Below, in pieces: positions 40,567-50,455 of a DNA stretch of 64,000 nt. This DNA comes from Patescibacteria group bacterium (GTDB lineage Bacteria; Patescibacteriota; Microgenomatia; UBA1406; GWC2-37-13), in NCBI GenBank assembly GCA_038230655.1, contig JBBRMU010000003.1, forward strand, positions 10,288-74,287. Direction: 5' to 3'. A program made the position numbers and the translations under genes. Position 1 is the stretch's first letter; each line of letters begins with the position of its first letter. The notes beneath the pieces were generated by a model, which saw nothing but the letters and a program-made list of their open reading frames with translations, was not told where the DNA came from and did not search any database.

Positions 40567-41679
40567 ATGCGAATACTCTGGTTTACATGGAAAGACTTAA
40601 CTCATCCTTTAGCCGGTGGAGCAGAGGTTATGAATGAAGAGTTGGCCAAACGACTTGTAAGAGATGGCCATGAGGTTATTTTATTAGTTGGAGGTTATAA
40701 AGGGAGTAGAAAAGAAGAGGTTATCAATGGATATAAAGTTGTGAGGCTAGGTAACAGATTTACCGTTTACTGGGAAGCATTTAGGTACTACTCTCAATAC
40801 TTGAAAGGTTGGCCAGATCTAATTATTGAGGAGATAAATACTATCCCATTTATGACACAGTGGTATGCGAAAGAGAGACGATTGTTACTCATTTACCAAC
40901 TATGTCGGGAAATCTGGTTTTATCAAATATTCTTTCCTTTAAATCTTACTGGTTTCCTAATTGAACCAGTTTATTTATGGTTGTTAAAGAACAATAAAGT
41001 GATAACCGAGTCAGAAAGTACAAAAAAAGATCTGCAAAAGTATGGATTCATTAGAAATAATGTTGAGATAGTTCCGGTTGGGATAGACATTAAACCTATT
41101 GAAGATATAAGTAACAGTAAAAAATATAGGAGATTTACAGTACTTTCTTTTGGTGCAATCAGATCAATGAAGAGGACTTTGGATCAGGTTAGAGCATTCG
41201 AAATGGCAAAAAAAGAGATTCCAGAGTTACAGATGAAGATTGCAGGTGATTCAAACGATTCATATGGGAGAAAAGTATTGGACCATATGAAAAATAGTCA
41301 ATATAACAATGATATAGAATACCTGGGAAAAGTAAGTAAAGAAAAGAAAACTGAACTTATGCAAAAATCTCATATAATACTAGTAACATCTGTTAAAGAA
41401 GGATGGGGTCTGATTGTGACGGAAGCAGCTAGCCAGGGGACACCCGCGATAGTTTATGATGTAGACGGGTTGAGGGATAGCGTGGTTCAAAACAAAACAG
41501 GGATCATCTGCGAAGAGAATATCCCAAAAGAACTCGCCAAACAAATTCTCAATCTAGCTTCTGATAAAGATCAATTAAAAAAACTTCAGAGTGGGGCAGT
41601 AAAGTTTGCAAGCTCGTTAACTCTCGAAAAAAGTTTTCAGTCTTTTAAAGAATATGTGGTAAAATTTCAGAGTATATGA
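40567..41679 (+). CDS. family 4 (GT-B) glycosyltransferase
   Basis: N-terminal GGAEV motif and C-terminal EGWGLIVTEAASQGTPAIV (E-x7-E type). Confidence 0.85.
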   Translation: MRILWFTWKDLTHPLAGGAEVMNEELAKRLVRDGHEVILLVGGYKGSRKEEVINGYKVVRLGNRFTVYWEAFRYYSQYLKGWPDLIIEEINTIPFMTQWYAKERRLLLIYQLCREIWFYQIFFPLNLTGFLIEPVYLWLLKNNKVITESESTKKDLQKYGFIRNNVEIVPVGIDIKPIEDISNSKKYRRFTVLSFGAIRSMKRTLDQVRAFEMAKKEIPELQMKIAGDSNDSYGRKVLDHMKNSQYNNDIEYLGKVSKEKKTELMQKSHIILVTSVKEGWGLIVTEAASQGTPAIVYDVDGLRDSVVQNKTGIICEENIPKELAKQILNLASDKDQLKKLQSGAVKFASSLTLEKSFQSFKEYVVKFQSI

Positions 41680-42659
41680 AAAAAATAAAAGTAGGCATAA
41701 TTGGACTCGGGTATTGGGGACCAAATCTGGTACGAAACTTCTCAAATCATGATGGCTTTAGTGTCACTCGAGGCGCGGATCTAATCGATGCCAATCTCGA
41801 AAAAATTAAGAAAGAGCTTCCCCTTATATCGCTTACCAAAAATAGCGACGAGCTTTTCAATGATCCTGATATTGATTTGATAGTAATTGCTACACCTCCA
41901 GAGACTCATCATCAACTGGCTTTGAAGGCACTCAATCATGGAAAGAACATCTGGGTTGAAAAGCCGTTTACGACTAAATATGAAGACGCCAAAGAAGTAG
42001 TAGATCTGGCAAAATCGTTAAATCTGTATGTTCATATCGACTTTCCTTTCATTTTTTCAGGACCTGTCAAAAAAATCAAAAGTATATTAGATAAGAAAAT
42101 CATTGGGAAGCCATACTATTTTGACTCAATTCGCACAAATTTGGGTAATATCCAAAGCAAAGTTGATGTGATCTGGGACCTCGCTCCCCACGATTTATCA
42201 ATCATTTTTTATCTTTTTCCAGAGTTCAGTTTTAAAAATCTACATTACAACGGTTCCTCACATATCAAGCATAATAATCTGAGTCAGATCGCTAATTTAG
42301 TACTAGATTTTTCAGACGATTTTACTGCTTATATTCATCTTAGTTGGCTTTCCCCAGTCAAAACCAGACTGATCACCATTGGGGGAAGCAAGCAAATGGT
42401 CGTTTTTGACGATGTACAGCCTTCTGAAAAAATTAAAGTCTACGACAAAAACATTGAGATAGAAAAAACCGAAGTGACACCGTTTAAACCTGTTTATCGA
42501 ACTGGAGATATCTGGGTTCCAGCCCTTGATCAAACTGAAGCTCTTTTTAGTGCAGTTTCGTATGTGTACGAGCAGCTTCAACAAAAAACAAAAGGAACGA
42601 TGACATCAGATATTGCGCTTAAAGTTCTTACCATTTTAACTCTTGCACATGCCGAATAA
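41676..42659 (+). CDS. Gfo/Idh/MocA family NAD-dependent sugar oxidoreductase
   Basis: VGIIGLGYWGPNLVRNF Rossmann N-terminus and EKP motif (VEKPFT). Confidence 0.85.
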   Translation: MKKIKVGIIGLGYWGPNLVRNFSNHDGFSVTRGADLIDANLEKIKKELPLISLTKNSDELFNDPDIDLIVIATPPETHHQLALKALNHGKNIWVEKPFTTKYEDAKEVVDLAKSLNLYVHIDFPFIFSGPVKKIKSILDKKIIGKPYYFDSIRTNLGNIQSKVDVIWDLAPHDLSIIFYLFPEFSFKNLHYNGSSHIKHNNLSQIANLVLDFSDDFTAYIHLSWLSPVKTRLITIGGSKQMVVFDDVQPSEKIKVYDKNIEIEKTEVTPFKPVYRTGDIWVPALDQTEALFSAVSYVYEQLQQKTKGTMTSDIALKVLTILTLAHAE

Positions 42660-43086
42660 AAAAATAAATAACGTAAAAATTGGTGAAGGTACAAAGATCT
42701 GGGAATTTGTAAATATCTATGGCTGCACTATCGGGAACGACAGTATGATCGGTGCTTTTACTGAAATTCAGTCTGATGTAGTAATTGGAAATAAAGTTAG
42801 AGTCCAGTCTCATACTTTTATCTGCTCAGGAGTGACAATTGAAGATGAAGTATTTGTCGGACACGGAGTGATGTTTATAAACGACAAATATCCCAAAGCG
42901 AATAATGCCGACTGGAAACTGCTTCAAACAGTAGTTAAGAAAGGGGCTTCTCTAGGCTCTAATTCTACGATCCTTGGAGGAGTAACTATTGGGAGAAAAG
43001 CGATTGTGGGAGCTGGAGCTGTTGTTACAAAAGATGTACCTGATGGTACCACAGTTGTTGGCAATCCGGCACATCCACTTCCTTGA
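42649..43086 (+). CDS. hexapeptide-repeat (LbH) sugar N-acetyltransferase
   Basis: Left-handed beta-helix repeats throughout. The ATG at 42649 is preferred over the track TTG at 42643. Confidence 0.8.
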   Translation: MPNKKINNVKIGEGTKIWEFVNIYGCTIGNDSMIGAFTEIQSDVVIGNKVRVQSHTFICSGVTIEDEVFVGHGVMFINDKYPKANNADWKLLQTVVKKGASLGSNSTILGGVTIGRKAIVGAGAVVTKDVPDGTTVVGNPAHPLP

Positions 43087-43091
43087 ACGCT

Positions 43092-44084
43092 ATGAAAAAA
43101 GTATTACGACTTTCCATCATTACACCTACTCTCAATGCTGGCAAAATTTTGGAGCATTTTTTTAAATCAGTTGAAGCTCAAAACTACCCCAAAGTGAATA
43201 TCGAAGTGTTGATTGTGGATGGGGGATCAAACGATAGTACTCTTCCGATTGCAAAAAAACACCATGCAAGAATTATTCCAAATCCGGAGAAACTTGCTGA
43301 ACCTGGAGTTTATCATGGAATGCAGGCTGCAACTGGCGACATTCTTGTTGTTCTTGCAACTGACAATATTTTTGTAAGCCCAAACGCTTTCCAGGAGATT
43401 GCAGAGATATTCTCTGATCCTACTATTTATGCAGTCTATCCAACTCATGCGAGCGCTGCTCAAGATTCGATCTACTCAAAGTATGTAAATATGTTTACTG
43501 ATCCGTTTAACCATTTTGTTTACTGGGACGCTTCGAATGCACGAACTTACAAAAAAGTTTTTAGCACATTGAAACATACAAATACTTATGATATTTATGA
43601 TTTTAAAATGAGCACTAATAAACCTATTCTGGCTTTAGCTCAAGGGTTTTCAGTGAGAAGAGCATTTATTTCTCAGAGAAAAGAGAAAATGGATGATATC
43701 GTTTCAGTCCTTGAGATGATTCATAAAAGGAAATTAATGGCGTATGCATATCCTGTTCTCCTGTATCATCACACAATTCGTGACCTTGACCATTTTGTTC
43801 GCAAACAACGCTGGACTGCTCGAAATGCCCTCAACAAAAAAGAGTATGGAATTGCATATCGTGAGAGGTCATTGACGACCGGTCAAAGAATAAGAGCGTA
43901 TCTTTTTATTCCGTATTCTCTGACCATTTTATTCCCAGCTCTTGTTTCTATCTACAAAGCGCTAAAAGAAAGAAACTCAATCTGGTTACTTCACCCTCTC
44001 ATGACGTGGTTATCTGCTTTTTCTATTACCTGGGAAATTTTGATAAAATTAGTAAAGTTCAACAAGGATATTTCAAAGCAGTAA
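43092..44084 (+). CDS. family 2 glycosyltransferase
   Basis: LSIITPTLNAG, VDGGSND and ATDNIF motifs with a C-terminal TM. The ATG at 43092 is preferred over the track TTG at 43083. Confidence 0.8.
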   Translation: MKKVLRLSIITPTLNAGKILEHFFKSVEAQNYPKVNIEVLIVDGGSNDSTLPIAKKHHARIIPNPEKLAEPGVYHGMQAATGDILVVLATDNIFVSPNAFQEIAEIFSDPTIYAVYPTHASAAQDSIYSKYVNMFTDPFNHFVYWDASNARTYKKVFSTLKHTNTYDIYDFKMSTNKPILALAQGFSVRRAFISQRKEKMDDIVSVLEMIHKRKLMAYAYPVLLYHHTIRDLDHFVRKQRWTARNALNKKEYGIAYRERSLTTGQRIRAYLFIPYSLTILFPALVSIYKALKERNSIWLLHPLMTWLSAFSITWEILIKLVKFNKDISKQ

Positions 44085-44182
44085 AAGATGAAAAAGCACT
44101 AGAATGATATCTTGATTTGGGCTTTTTATGAGCTATACTTAGGTTAATAATTTGCCTTTACTATTAAAAATTTACCTATTTT

Positions 44183-45283
44183 ATGATCTATTTGTCCAGA
44201 CCCTTTATCGGGGAAGAAGAAAAAAAAGCAGTATCAAAAGTTCTTGATTCAGGATTCTTAGTACAAGGACCCGTAACAAAAGCATTTGAGGATAGCTTTG
44301 CTGTACTCTGTAAAACAAAGTATGCACTTGCTTGTAGCAATGGAACTGCAGCCCTTCATATGGCTCTGGACACGCTCGGCATCAAACCAGGTGACGAAGT
44401 TATCACAACTCCATTAACTTTTGTTGCAACTGCTAACTCAATTCTTATGGCCGGCGCAACTCCTGTTTTTGCTGATATTGATCCAAAAACATATAACATC
44501 GATGTCAATCAAATTGAAAAAAAAATTAGCCGTAAAACAAAGGCAATAATTGCGGTTGATCTCTATGGACAACCTGCGGATTATAACGCGATCAATGCAT
44601 TAGCAAAAAAACATGGCATTTTTGTTATTGAAGACGCTGCACAGTCGGTAGGAGCGACTTATCATAAAAAACCGTCTGGTTCGCTTGCTGATATCGCAAC
44701 CTTTTCCCTTTATGCAACTAAAAATATAACCACCGGCGAAGGCGGAATGATAACCACAGATAACGCGAAATGGTATGAGACTGCAAAACTTTTCAGGCAC
44801 CACGACCAAGATGAACATAAAAAATACTCGTATGTTGGACTCGGTTACAACTACCGAATGACCGATATTCAAGCTGCAATCGGCAGAGTTCAGCTTAAAC
44901 GCCTCAACGCACTGACAAAAAAAAGACAGCAAATTGCTACAGCTTTCGATAAAGGGCTTGCCAACATACCAGGTATAGTTACTCCATTTTTTGAAGTGGG
45001 AAATGAACACGTCTATCATCAGTATATCTTGAGAATTACCAAAGAATTCCCCTTGACTCGTGATCAGTTTAGAAAAAAACTTGAACTAAAAGGTATTCCT
45101 ACAAATATTTACTATCCAGTTCCTCTTTATAACTTTAAGCATTTGATATCAAATGTAAATAAAAAAGAGTTTCCTATAACTGAAACAACCATTAAGGAGA
45201 TAGTTTCGTTACCAATGCACCCGTACCTCACCCAAAAAGAGATACAGTTCATCATCAATGGTATTAAAAGTTTAGCTTCGTAA
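44183..45283 (+). CDS. DegT/DnrJ/EryC1/StrS family sugar aminotransferase (WbpE-like)
   Basis: PLP-Lys context (SLYATKNITTGEGG). N-terminal EEEKKAV..VLDSGFLVQGP. Confidence 0.92.
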   Translation: MIYLSRPFIGEEEKKAVSKVLDSGFLVQGPVTKAFEDSFAVLCKTKYALACSNGTAALHMALDTLGIKPGDEVITTPLTFVATANSILMAGATPVFADIDPKTYNIDVNQIEKKISRKTKAIIAVDLYGQPADYNAINALAKKHGIFVIEDAAQSVGATYHKKPSGSLADIATFSLYATKNITTGEGGMITTDNAKWYETAKLFRHHDQDEHKKYSYVGLGYNYRMTDIQAAIGRVQLKRLNALTKKRQQIATAFDKGLANIPGIVTPFFEVGNEHVYHQYILRITKEFPLTRDQFRKKLELKGIPTNIYYPVPLYNFKHLISNVNKKEFPITETTIKEIVSLPMHPYLTQKEIQFIINGIKSLAS

Positions 45284-45286
45284 AGT

Positions 45287-46267
45287 ATGAAACAAAAGAC
45301 AGCAAGAAAGCTTCGGTGCGCAGTTATTGGTGTTGGAAAGATGGGAAAGCACCATGTTCGCGTCTATAGTGAAATTAAAGATGTTGAACTTGTAGGTGTT
45401 GCAGATTTAAATGAAGAACTCGGAAAAGAAACCGCATTAAAATATAGAACAAAATACTACAGAAAGTTTGAAGATCTGCTGGATATAGAAAAACCAGATA
45501 TTGTTTCTATCTGTGTGCCAACTTCTTTTCACTATCAAGTTGGTAAAATTTGTATCGAAAGACATGTGAATATACTTCTTGAAAAACCAATTTCTACAAC
45601 GGTGTCAGAAGGCCAAAAGTTACTTGCGCTTGCAAAAAAAAATAATATTAAGATGCTGGTCGGCCACATAGAAAGGCATAATCCTGCAGTAAAAAAGTTG
45701 AAAGAACTCCTTGACAAAAAGAAGTTAGGGAAAGTTACTTCAATCATTGTGAGACGAGTTGGCGGTTTCCCTTCACAAAATCGAGATGCAAATATCATGG
45801 TTGATCTGGCTATTCATGATATCGATATTGTAAATTTTCTTCTAGAAGAACTTCCACGAGAAATAAACATAAATAAAACGCGTGTCCACACAGAAACCCG
45901 AGAAGATGCAGTAGAATTTTTCCTAAAATATAAAACTTGTTCTGTATACATTCAAACTAATTGGTTCACTCCAGTTAAAATAAGAAAAATTAATATCACC
46001 GGAAGTGAAGGCTATGTTGAGCTTGACTACATCACCCAACAGATCGTTTTTTTTAAAAGCAACTATGAAAAGTTTAGAGAGACAGTCAAAGGATTCTCAG
46101 ATTATATACTTAGGTTTTCTGAACCTGATTTGAAAGAAATTCCTGTAATTGTGAAAGAACCACTCAAAGAAGAACTTTTATACTTTATTGAGTGTGTGAA
46201 AACGAACAAAAAAGTAGACTCTCAATTTGCTTTAGATGCATTAAAAGTTGCTCTTAGCCGTAAATGA
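45287..46267 (+). CDS. Gfo/Idh/MocA family oxidoreductase (WbpB-like)
   Basis: CAVIGVGKMGKHH Rossmann motif, EKP motif and GHIERHNP. Confidence 0.85.
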   Translation: MKQKTARKLRCAVIGVGKMGKHHVRVYSEIKDVELVGVADLNEELGKETALKYRTKYYRKFEDLLDIEKPDIVSICVPTSFHYQVGKICIERHVNILLEKPISTTVSEGQKLLALAKKNNIKMLVGHIERHNPAVKKLKELLDKKKLGKVTSIIVRRVGGFPSQNRDANIMVDLAIHDIDIVNFLLEELPREININKTRVHTETREDAVEFFLKYKTCSVYIQTNWFTPVKIRKINITGSEGYVELDYITQQIVFFKSNYEKFRETVKGFSDYILRFSEPDLKEIPVIVKEPLKEELLYFIECVKTNKKVDSQFALDALKVALSRK

Positions 46268-47337
46268 AAAGAATACTCGTAACAGGCGCAGGCGGTGCTC
46301 CATCAACTAATTTTATTCGTTCGATTCGGGCAATGAAAGAAGAAGTTTTTATTTTGGGAACAGACTCTGATAAATACTATGTGAACAGATCAGAAGCAGA
46401 TAAAACTTATCTTGCACCTTCTTGCAGCAACCCACGTTATTTCGATTTTCTCAATTATTTGATCAAAAAATACAAAATAGAGTTTCTTCATATTCAGAAT
46501 GATATCGAGATGGAGATGATCTCAAAAAATAGAGAAAAACTTTCTATTAAAATGTTTCTTCCAGATAAACAAACTGTTGCTGTCTGCATGAATAAATATG
46601 AAACATACAAAAAATGGGAAGAAAAGAAAATAAAAGTACCTAAAAACGTATTTATTAATACCATCGCTGATCTGAAAAAAGCCTATAAAATACTTGGCAA
46701 AAAAATCTGGTTACGCGATACGACCGGTGCCGGGGGAAGGGGATCTCTGGCTCCAACAGACATTGAGCAAGCAAAAATCTGGATAGATTTTAAAGAAGGC
46801 TGGGGTCATTTTGTAGCAGCCGAACTACTTACACCAGATTCAGTAACCTGGATGTCTATCTGGAAAGATGGTGAGCTAATCGTTGCTCAAGGTAGAAAAC
46901 GTCTGTATTGGGAGCTTTCGAAAATTTCTCCTTCAGGTATAACGGGCGCAACAGGCGGAGGAATAACAGTTAGCGACAAACGACTCGACGACCTCGCTGT
47001 AAAAACTATTCTCGCTGTTGATCCTAAACCAAACGGCATATTTTCTGTAGACATGACATACGACTTTGCTGGGCTTCCTAATCCTACAGAAATCAATATA
47101 GGTCGTTTCTTTACTACGCATGAATTTTTTACCCTAGCGGGTCTCAATATGCCAGAAATCTATCTTAAACTGGCATATGGTGAAAAAATTCCCAAACTGA
47201 AAAAGAAGATAAACCCGCTTCCAATTGATCTTATCTGGATTCGGGGGATCGACTTTCTTCCTGTACTCATTCCCAGTAGTTTGCTTGATAAACAACACAA
47301 AGAAATGGATATTATTTTGAAGGAGTTGAAAAAATGA
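46264..47337 (+). CDS. ATP-grasp domain protein
   Basis: Pre-ATP-grasp N-terminus (ILVTGAGGAPS), central Lys-rich ATP-binding loop region and C-terminal Mg-binding-like segment. Both ends overlap neighbours by ATGA. Confidence 0.65.
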   Translation: MKRILVTGAGGAPSTNFIRSIRAMKEEVFILGTDSDKYYVNRSEADKTYLAPSCSNPRYFDFLNYLIKKYKIEFLHIQNDIEMEMISKNREKLSIKMFLPDKQTVAVCMNKYETYKKWEEKKIKVPKNVFINTIADLKKAYKILGKKIWLRDTTGAGGRGSLAPTDIEQAKIWIDFKEGWGHFVAAELLTPDSVTWMSIWKDGELIVAQGRKRLYWELSKISPSGITGATGGGITVSDKRLDDLAVKTILAVDPKPNGIFSVDMTYDFAGLPNPTEINIGRFFTTHEFFTLAGLNMPEIYLKLAYGEKIPKLKKKINPLPIDLIWIRGIDFLPVLIPSSLLDKQHKEMDIILKELKK

Positions 47338-48818
47338 AGATCCTTTTTACAGGAGGAAGTAGCTACTTTGGATCTCGAATTCTTAATCAGCTTATCGCAC
47401 AAAAAAAACATAGCGTAACAATTTTTAGCCGCTCAACTCTTCACGAGTACTCGCCTAAAATACAGATTCATGTTGATCTTTCAAAAAATTCTTCTTATAA
47501 TCAGATAAAAAATCAGTCATTTGATCTAGTTGTCCATTGCGCCGGATATGTACCCAAGAACAAAAGTGAAGACTTAGAAAAAAACGCAGAACTAGGAAAC
47601 ACTGTCGTGACTCAAAAACTACTTGAAAAAGCTAAGTTTAAAAAATTAATCTATATAAGCACCTGTGAAGTATATGGTCCACAGAACTCACCACTCATAA
47701 CTGAAGATCTGGAACCAATGCCAATTTCAAACTACGCAAAGTCTAAATTTGCATCTGAAATTCTCGTTAACAAATTTTCAGAACAACACCAAATTCCTGC
47801 CGCTATTCTAAGAATTACCACAATAATCGGAGAAAAAGATAAAATAAACAGGGCAATTCCTAACTTTATCGACTCTGCAGTTCTGAACAAGGAAATTAAC
47901 GTAAATGGATCAGAAAATATACGGGACTATATCTATGTCAACGATGCTGCTGAAGCAGTTAATCTAGTAATTAACAACTTTCAACCAGGAACATTCAATA
48001 TTTCATCTGGAATTGGAATTTCAATTGGACAAGTTGCAAAACAAATAAAAGAAGCTCTCCATTCTCACTCAAAAATCGTATCGTTTGATACAGGAAAAAT
48101 TTCCTCAACTATTTATAGCAATACAAAACTAGTTTTACAGTTCAAATTTAAGCAAAACACTCCGTTTAAAACTGCAGTACAACTCATCGGCAGGTCTAAA
48201 AAATATATTTTTTTCGACCTTGATGGTACGCTTATCTCAATCTATGAACGATGGTACAAAATCCATCTTGATCTGGCAAAAGCATTTGAATTTACACCAC
48301 TCCCTGAGAAAGAGTATATTAAACAAAAGCGAATGAAAGTTTCTGAGCAACAGATTCTTGAACAAACAGACATATCTCCAAATGATATTCACAGTTACAA
48401 TAAAAAACGTCTCGATTGCATTGAAGACCCTGAGTATCTGAAACTGGATATACTCAAAAAAGGAGCTGAGGTACTGTTAAAAAAACTGTATCCTGTAGCA
48501 ACGCTCATATTGATCACAAAACGGAAAAAAGAGGCTGCTTGCCGTGCTCAACTGAAAGATATGAAGCTTGAAACTTACTTTGATGAGATCATTGTCACAA
48601 AGCAGCCCAAAATAGATATAATAAGAAGTATGGTTGATAGTGCTGAGCCAGTAGTAGTTTATAGTATTGGCGATTCAGACGACGACAATCATTCAAAAGA
48701 AAAGAAAATTACAACTATCCTCCTTGCTGACGGAGTGAGAGATAAAAAACAGCTTGAGACATTGAAAGATGTCCAGATCGTAGATAAACTAGATGATTTA
48801 AGGTCCATTTTATTATGA
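47334..48818 (+). CDS. fusion: NAD-dependent epimerase/dehydratase (SDR) + HAD-superfamily hydrolase
   Basis: N-terminal TGGSSYFGS Rossmann motif and YAKSK catalytic motif. The C-terminal half starts with HAD motif I FFDLDGTL and ends with GDSDDD (motif IV). Confidence 0.75.
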   Translation: MKILFTGGSSYFGSRILNQLIAQKKHSVTIFSRSTLHEYSPKIQIHVDLSKNSSYNQIKNQSFDLVVHCAGYVPKNKSEDLEKNAELGNTVVTQKLLEKAKFKKLIYISTCEVYGPQNSPLITEDLEPMPISNYAKSKFASEILVNKFSEQHQIPAAILRITTIIGEKDKINRAIPNFIDSAVLNKEINVNGSENIRDYIYVNDAAEAVNLVINNFQPGTFNISSGIGISIGQVAKQIKEALHSHSKIVSFDTGKISSTIYSNTKLVLQFKFKQNTPFKTAVQLIGRSKKYIFFDLDGTLISIYERWYKIHLDLAKAFEFTPLPEKEYIKQKRMKVSEQQILEQTDISPNDIHSYNKKRLDCIEDPEYLKLDILKKGAEVLLKKLYPVATLILITKRKKEAACRAQLKDMKLETYFDEIIVTKQPKIDIIRSMVDSAEPVVVYSIGDSDDDNHSKEKKITTILLADGVRDKKQLETLKDVQIVDKLDDLRSILL

Positions 48819-49405
48819 AATTTTTTGCCCATTCAACAGCTGAGATTGCAGGAAATGCAGTAGTAGGTGAGAATACTAAAATTTGGAACGATGCCCAAGT
48901 CAGAGAGGATGTTCAGATTGGAGAAGATTGTATTCTAGGAAAAAATGTCTATATTGATGTTGGTGTAAAGATAGGGAACAACTGCCGAATCCAAAATAAT
49001 AGTTCACTTTTTCATGGAACAATACTTGAAGACTTTGTGTTTATTGGGCCACATGTCGTATTTACGAATCATAAAGTTCCTCGAGCATTCAATAAACAAG
49101 GCATGGCGATCGGCCCAGAAGATTGGGTCGTGGGTAAGATAGCCGTGAAGTATGGAGCCTCGATCGGAGCACAAACAGTACTTGTTCCTGGAATAACTAT
49201 CGGCAAGTTTGCTATGATAGGAGCAGGATCAGTTGTAACAAAAGACGTTCCTGATTACACATTAGTATATGGAAATCCTGCAGCCGACAGAGGATTTGTT
49301 TGCCAATGCGGCGAAAAACTGGTTTTAAACGATGACAAAGCAATTTGTAGCTGTAATAAGAAGTATCAACTTGATAGTTCAAATATTTTATACATTCAAG
49401 AATAA
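48815..49405 (+). CDS. UDP-2-acetamido-3-amino-2,3-dideoxy-glucuronate N-acetyltransferase-like (WbpD/WlbB type LbH)
   Basis: Hexapeptide repeats, GPHVVFTNHKVPR and VTKDVPDYTLVYGNPA, then GFVCQCGEKL, as in the WlbB family. Confidence 0.8.
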   Translation: MKFFAHSTAEIAGNAVVGENTKIWNDAQVREDVQIGEDCILGKNVYIDVGVKIGNNCRIQNNSSLFHGTILEDFVFIGPHVVFTNHKVPRAFNKQGMAIGPEDWVVGKIAVKYGASIGAQTVLVPGITIGKFAMIGAGSVVTKDVPDYTLVYGNPAADRGFVCQCGEKLVLNDDKAICSCNKKYQLDSSNILYIQE

Positions 49406-49413
49406 TCTCAACT

Positions 49414-50454
49414 ATGAATACTCTATTTAAAGATAAAAACATTCTTATCACAGGGGGAACCGGAAGCATCGGATCAGAAATTCTTAAACACCTCCTTCCG
49501 CACAACCCAAAAAGAATTGTGATTTTTAGTCGTGATGAATATAAGCAACATGCACTCAAATATAAATACAACAATAACGCAAATATTGAGTATGTTATTG
49601 GAGATATAAAAGACCTTGAGTCTCTTATGTATGTGAGCCAAGGTATGGATGTCATTTTTCATGCTGCAGCATTAAAACATGTACCAATTTCTGAAGAATC
49701 TCCAGAGGAGTTTATTAAAACTAATATTGGTGGAAGTATCAATGTCAAAAAAGCAGCACTTACCAATAAAATTCCATTAGTGGTCTCGATAAGTACCGAT
49801 AAAGCAGTTGACCCTTTAAATGTAATGGGAATGACGAAGGCACTGCAAGAGAAGATCTTTAGTTCGTTTTCTCTTCAGAAAAGAAATCATACAATTCGAT
49901 TTGTAAATGTGAGATTTGGAAATGTTATTGGCACAAAAGGAAGTTTATTTCCTATTCTCTATCATCAGATCAAAAATAACCTGCCTATCACTCTTACACA
50001 TCTAGATATGACCCGTTTTTTCATGACAAAAGCAGACGCAATTCAGCTTGTTTTTTGGGCCGCAGAACATGGTAAAAATGGAGATACAATCATCAAAAAA
50101 ATGAAGTCAATTAAAATAAAAGATCTGATTAGATTATTTCTTCAAGTAACTAAACAGCCAAAAAACTATCCTGTGAAAGAAATTGGAATACGAGTAGGTG
50201 AGAAGATGCACGAGTATCTGATTACTGCAGACGAGATATTTCGAACAAAACAAAACAAAGAGTTCCTCATCATTTCTCCTTATACACCAAATGCTCTCCA
50301 AGCAAATCTTATTCTCGATAAAAAAACCGCCTCACTTGAAGATCTAAACGACTTTTTTTCTAATAATCCCGCTTGTTTCTTTGAAGATAAAGAAGTTGTT
50401 GGAATGATAACTGAGTTCATTAAAGAAATTGATGCGAATATGCAGATCATTTAA
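49414..50454 (+). CDS. UDP-GlcNAc 4,6-dehydratase family (CapE/WbjB/PseB-like)
   Basis: ILITGGTGSIGSE, STDKAV and MGMTKAL (the M-x3-K variant typical of the CapE/FlaA1 group). Length is 346 aa. Confidence 0.85.
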   Translation: MNTLFKDKNILITGGTGSIGSEILKHLLPHNPKRIVIFSRDEYKQHALKYKYNNNANIEYVIGDIKDLESLMYVSQGMDVIFHAAALKHVPISEESPEEFIKTNIGGSINVKKAALTNKIPLVVSISTDKAVDPLNVMGMTKALQEKIFSSFSLQKRNHTIRFVNVRFGNVIGTKGSLFPILYHQIKNNLPITLTHLDMTRFFMTKADAIQLVFWAAEHGKNGDTIIKKMKSIKIKDLIRLFLQVTKQPKNYPVKEIGIRVGEKMHEYLITADEIFRTKQNKEFLIISPYTPNALQANLILDKKTASLEDLNDFFSNNPACFFEDKEVVGMITEFIKEIDANMQII

Positions 50455-50455
50455 T

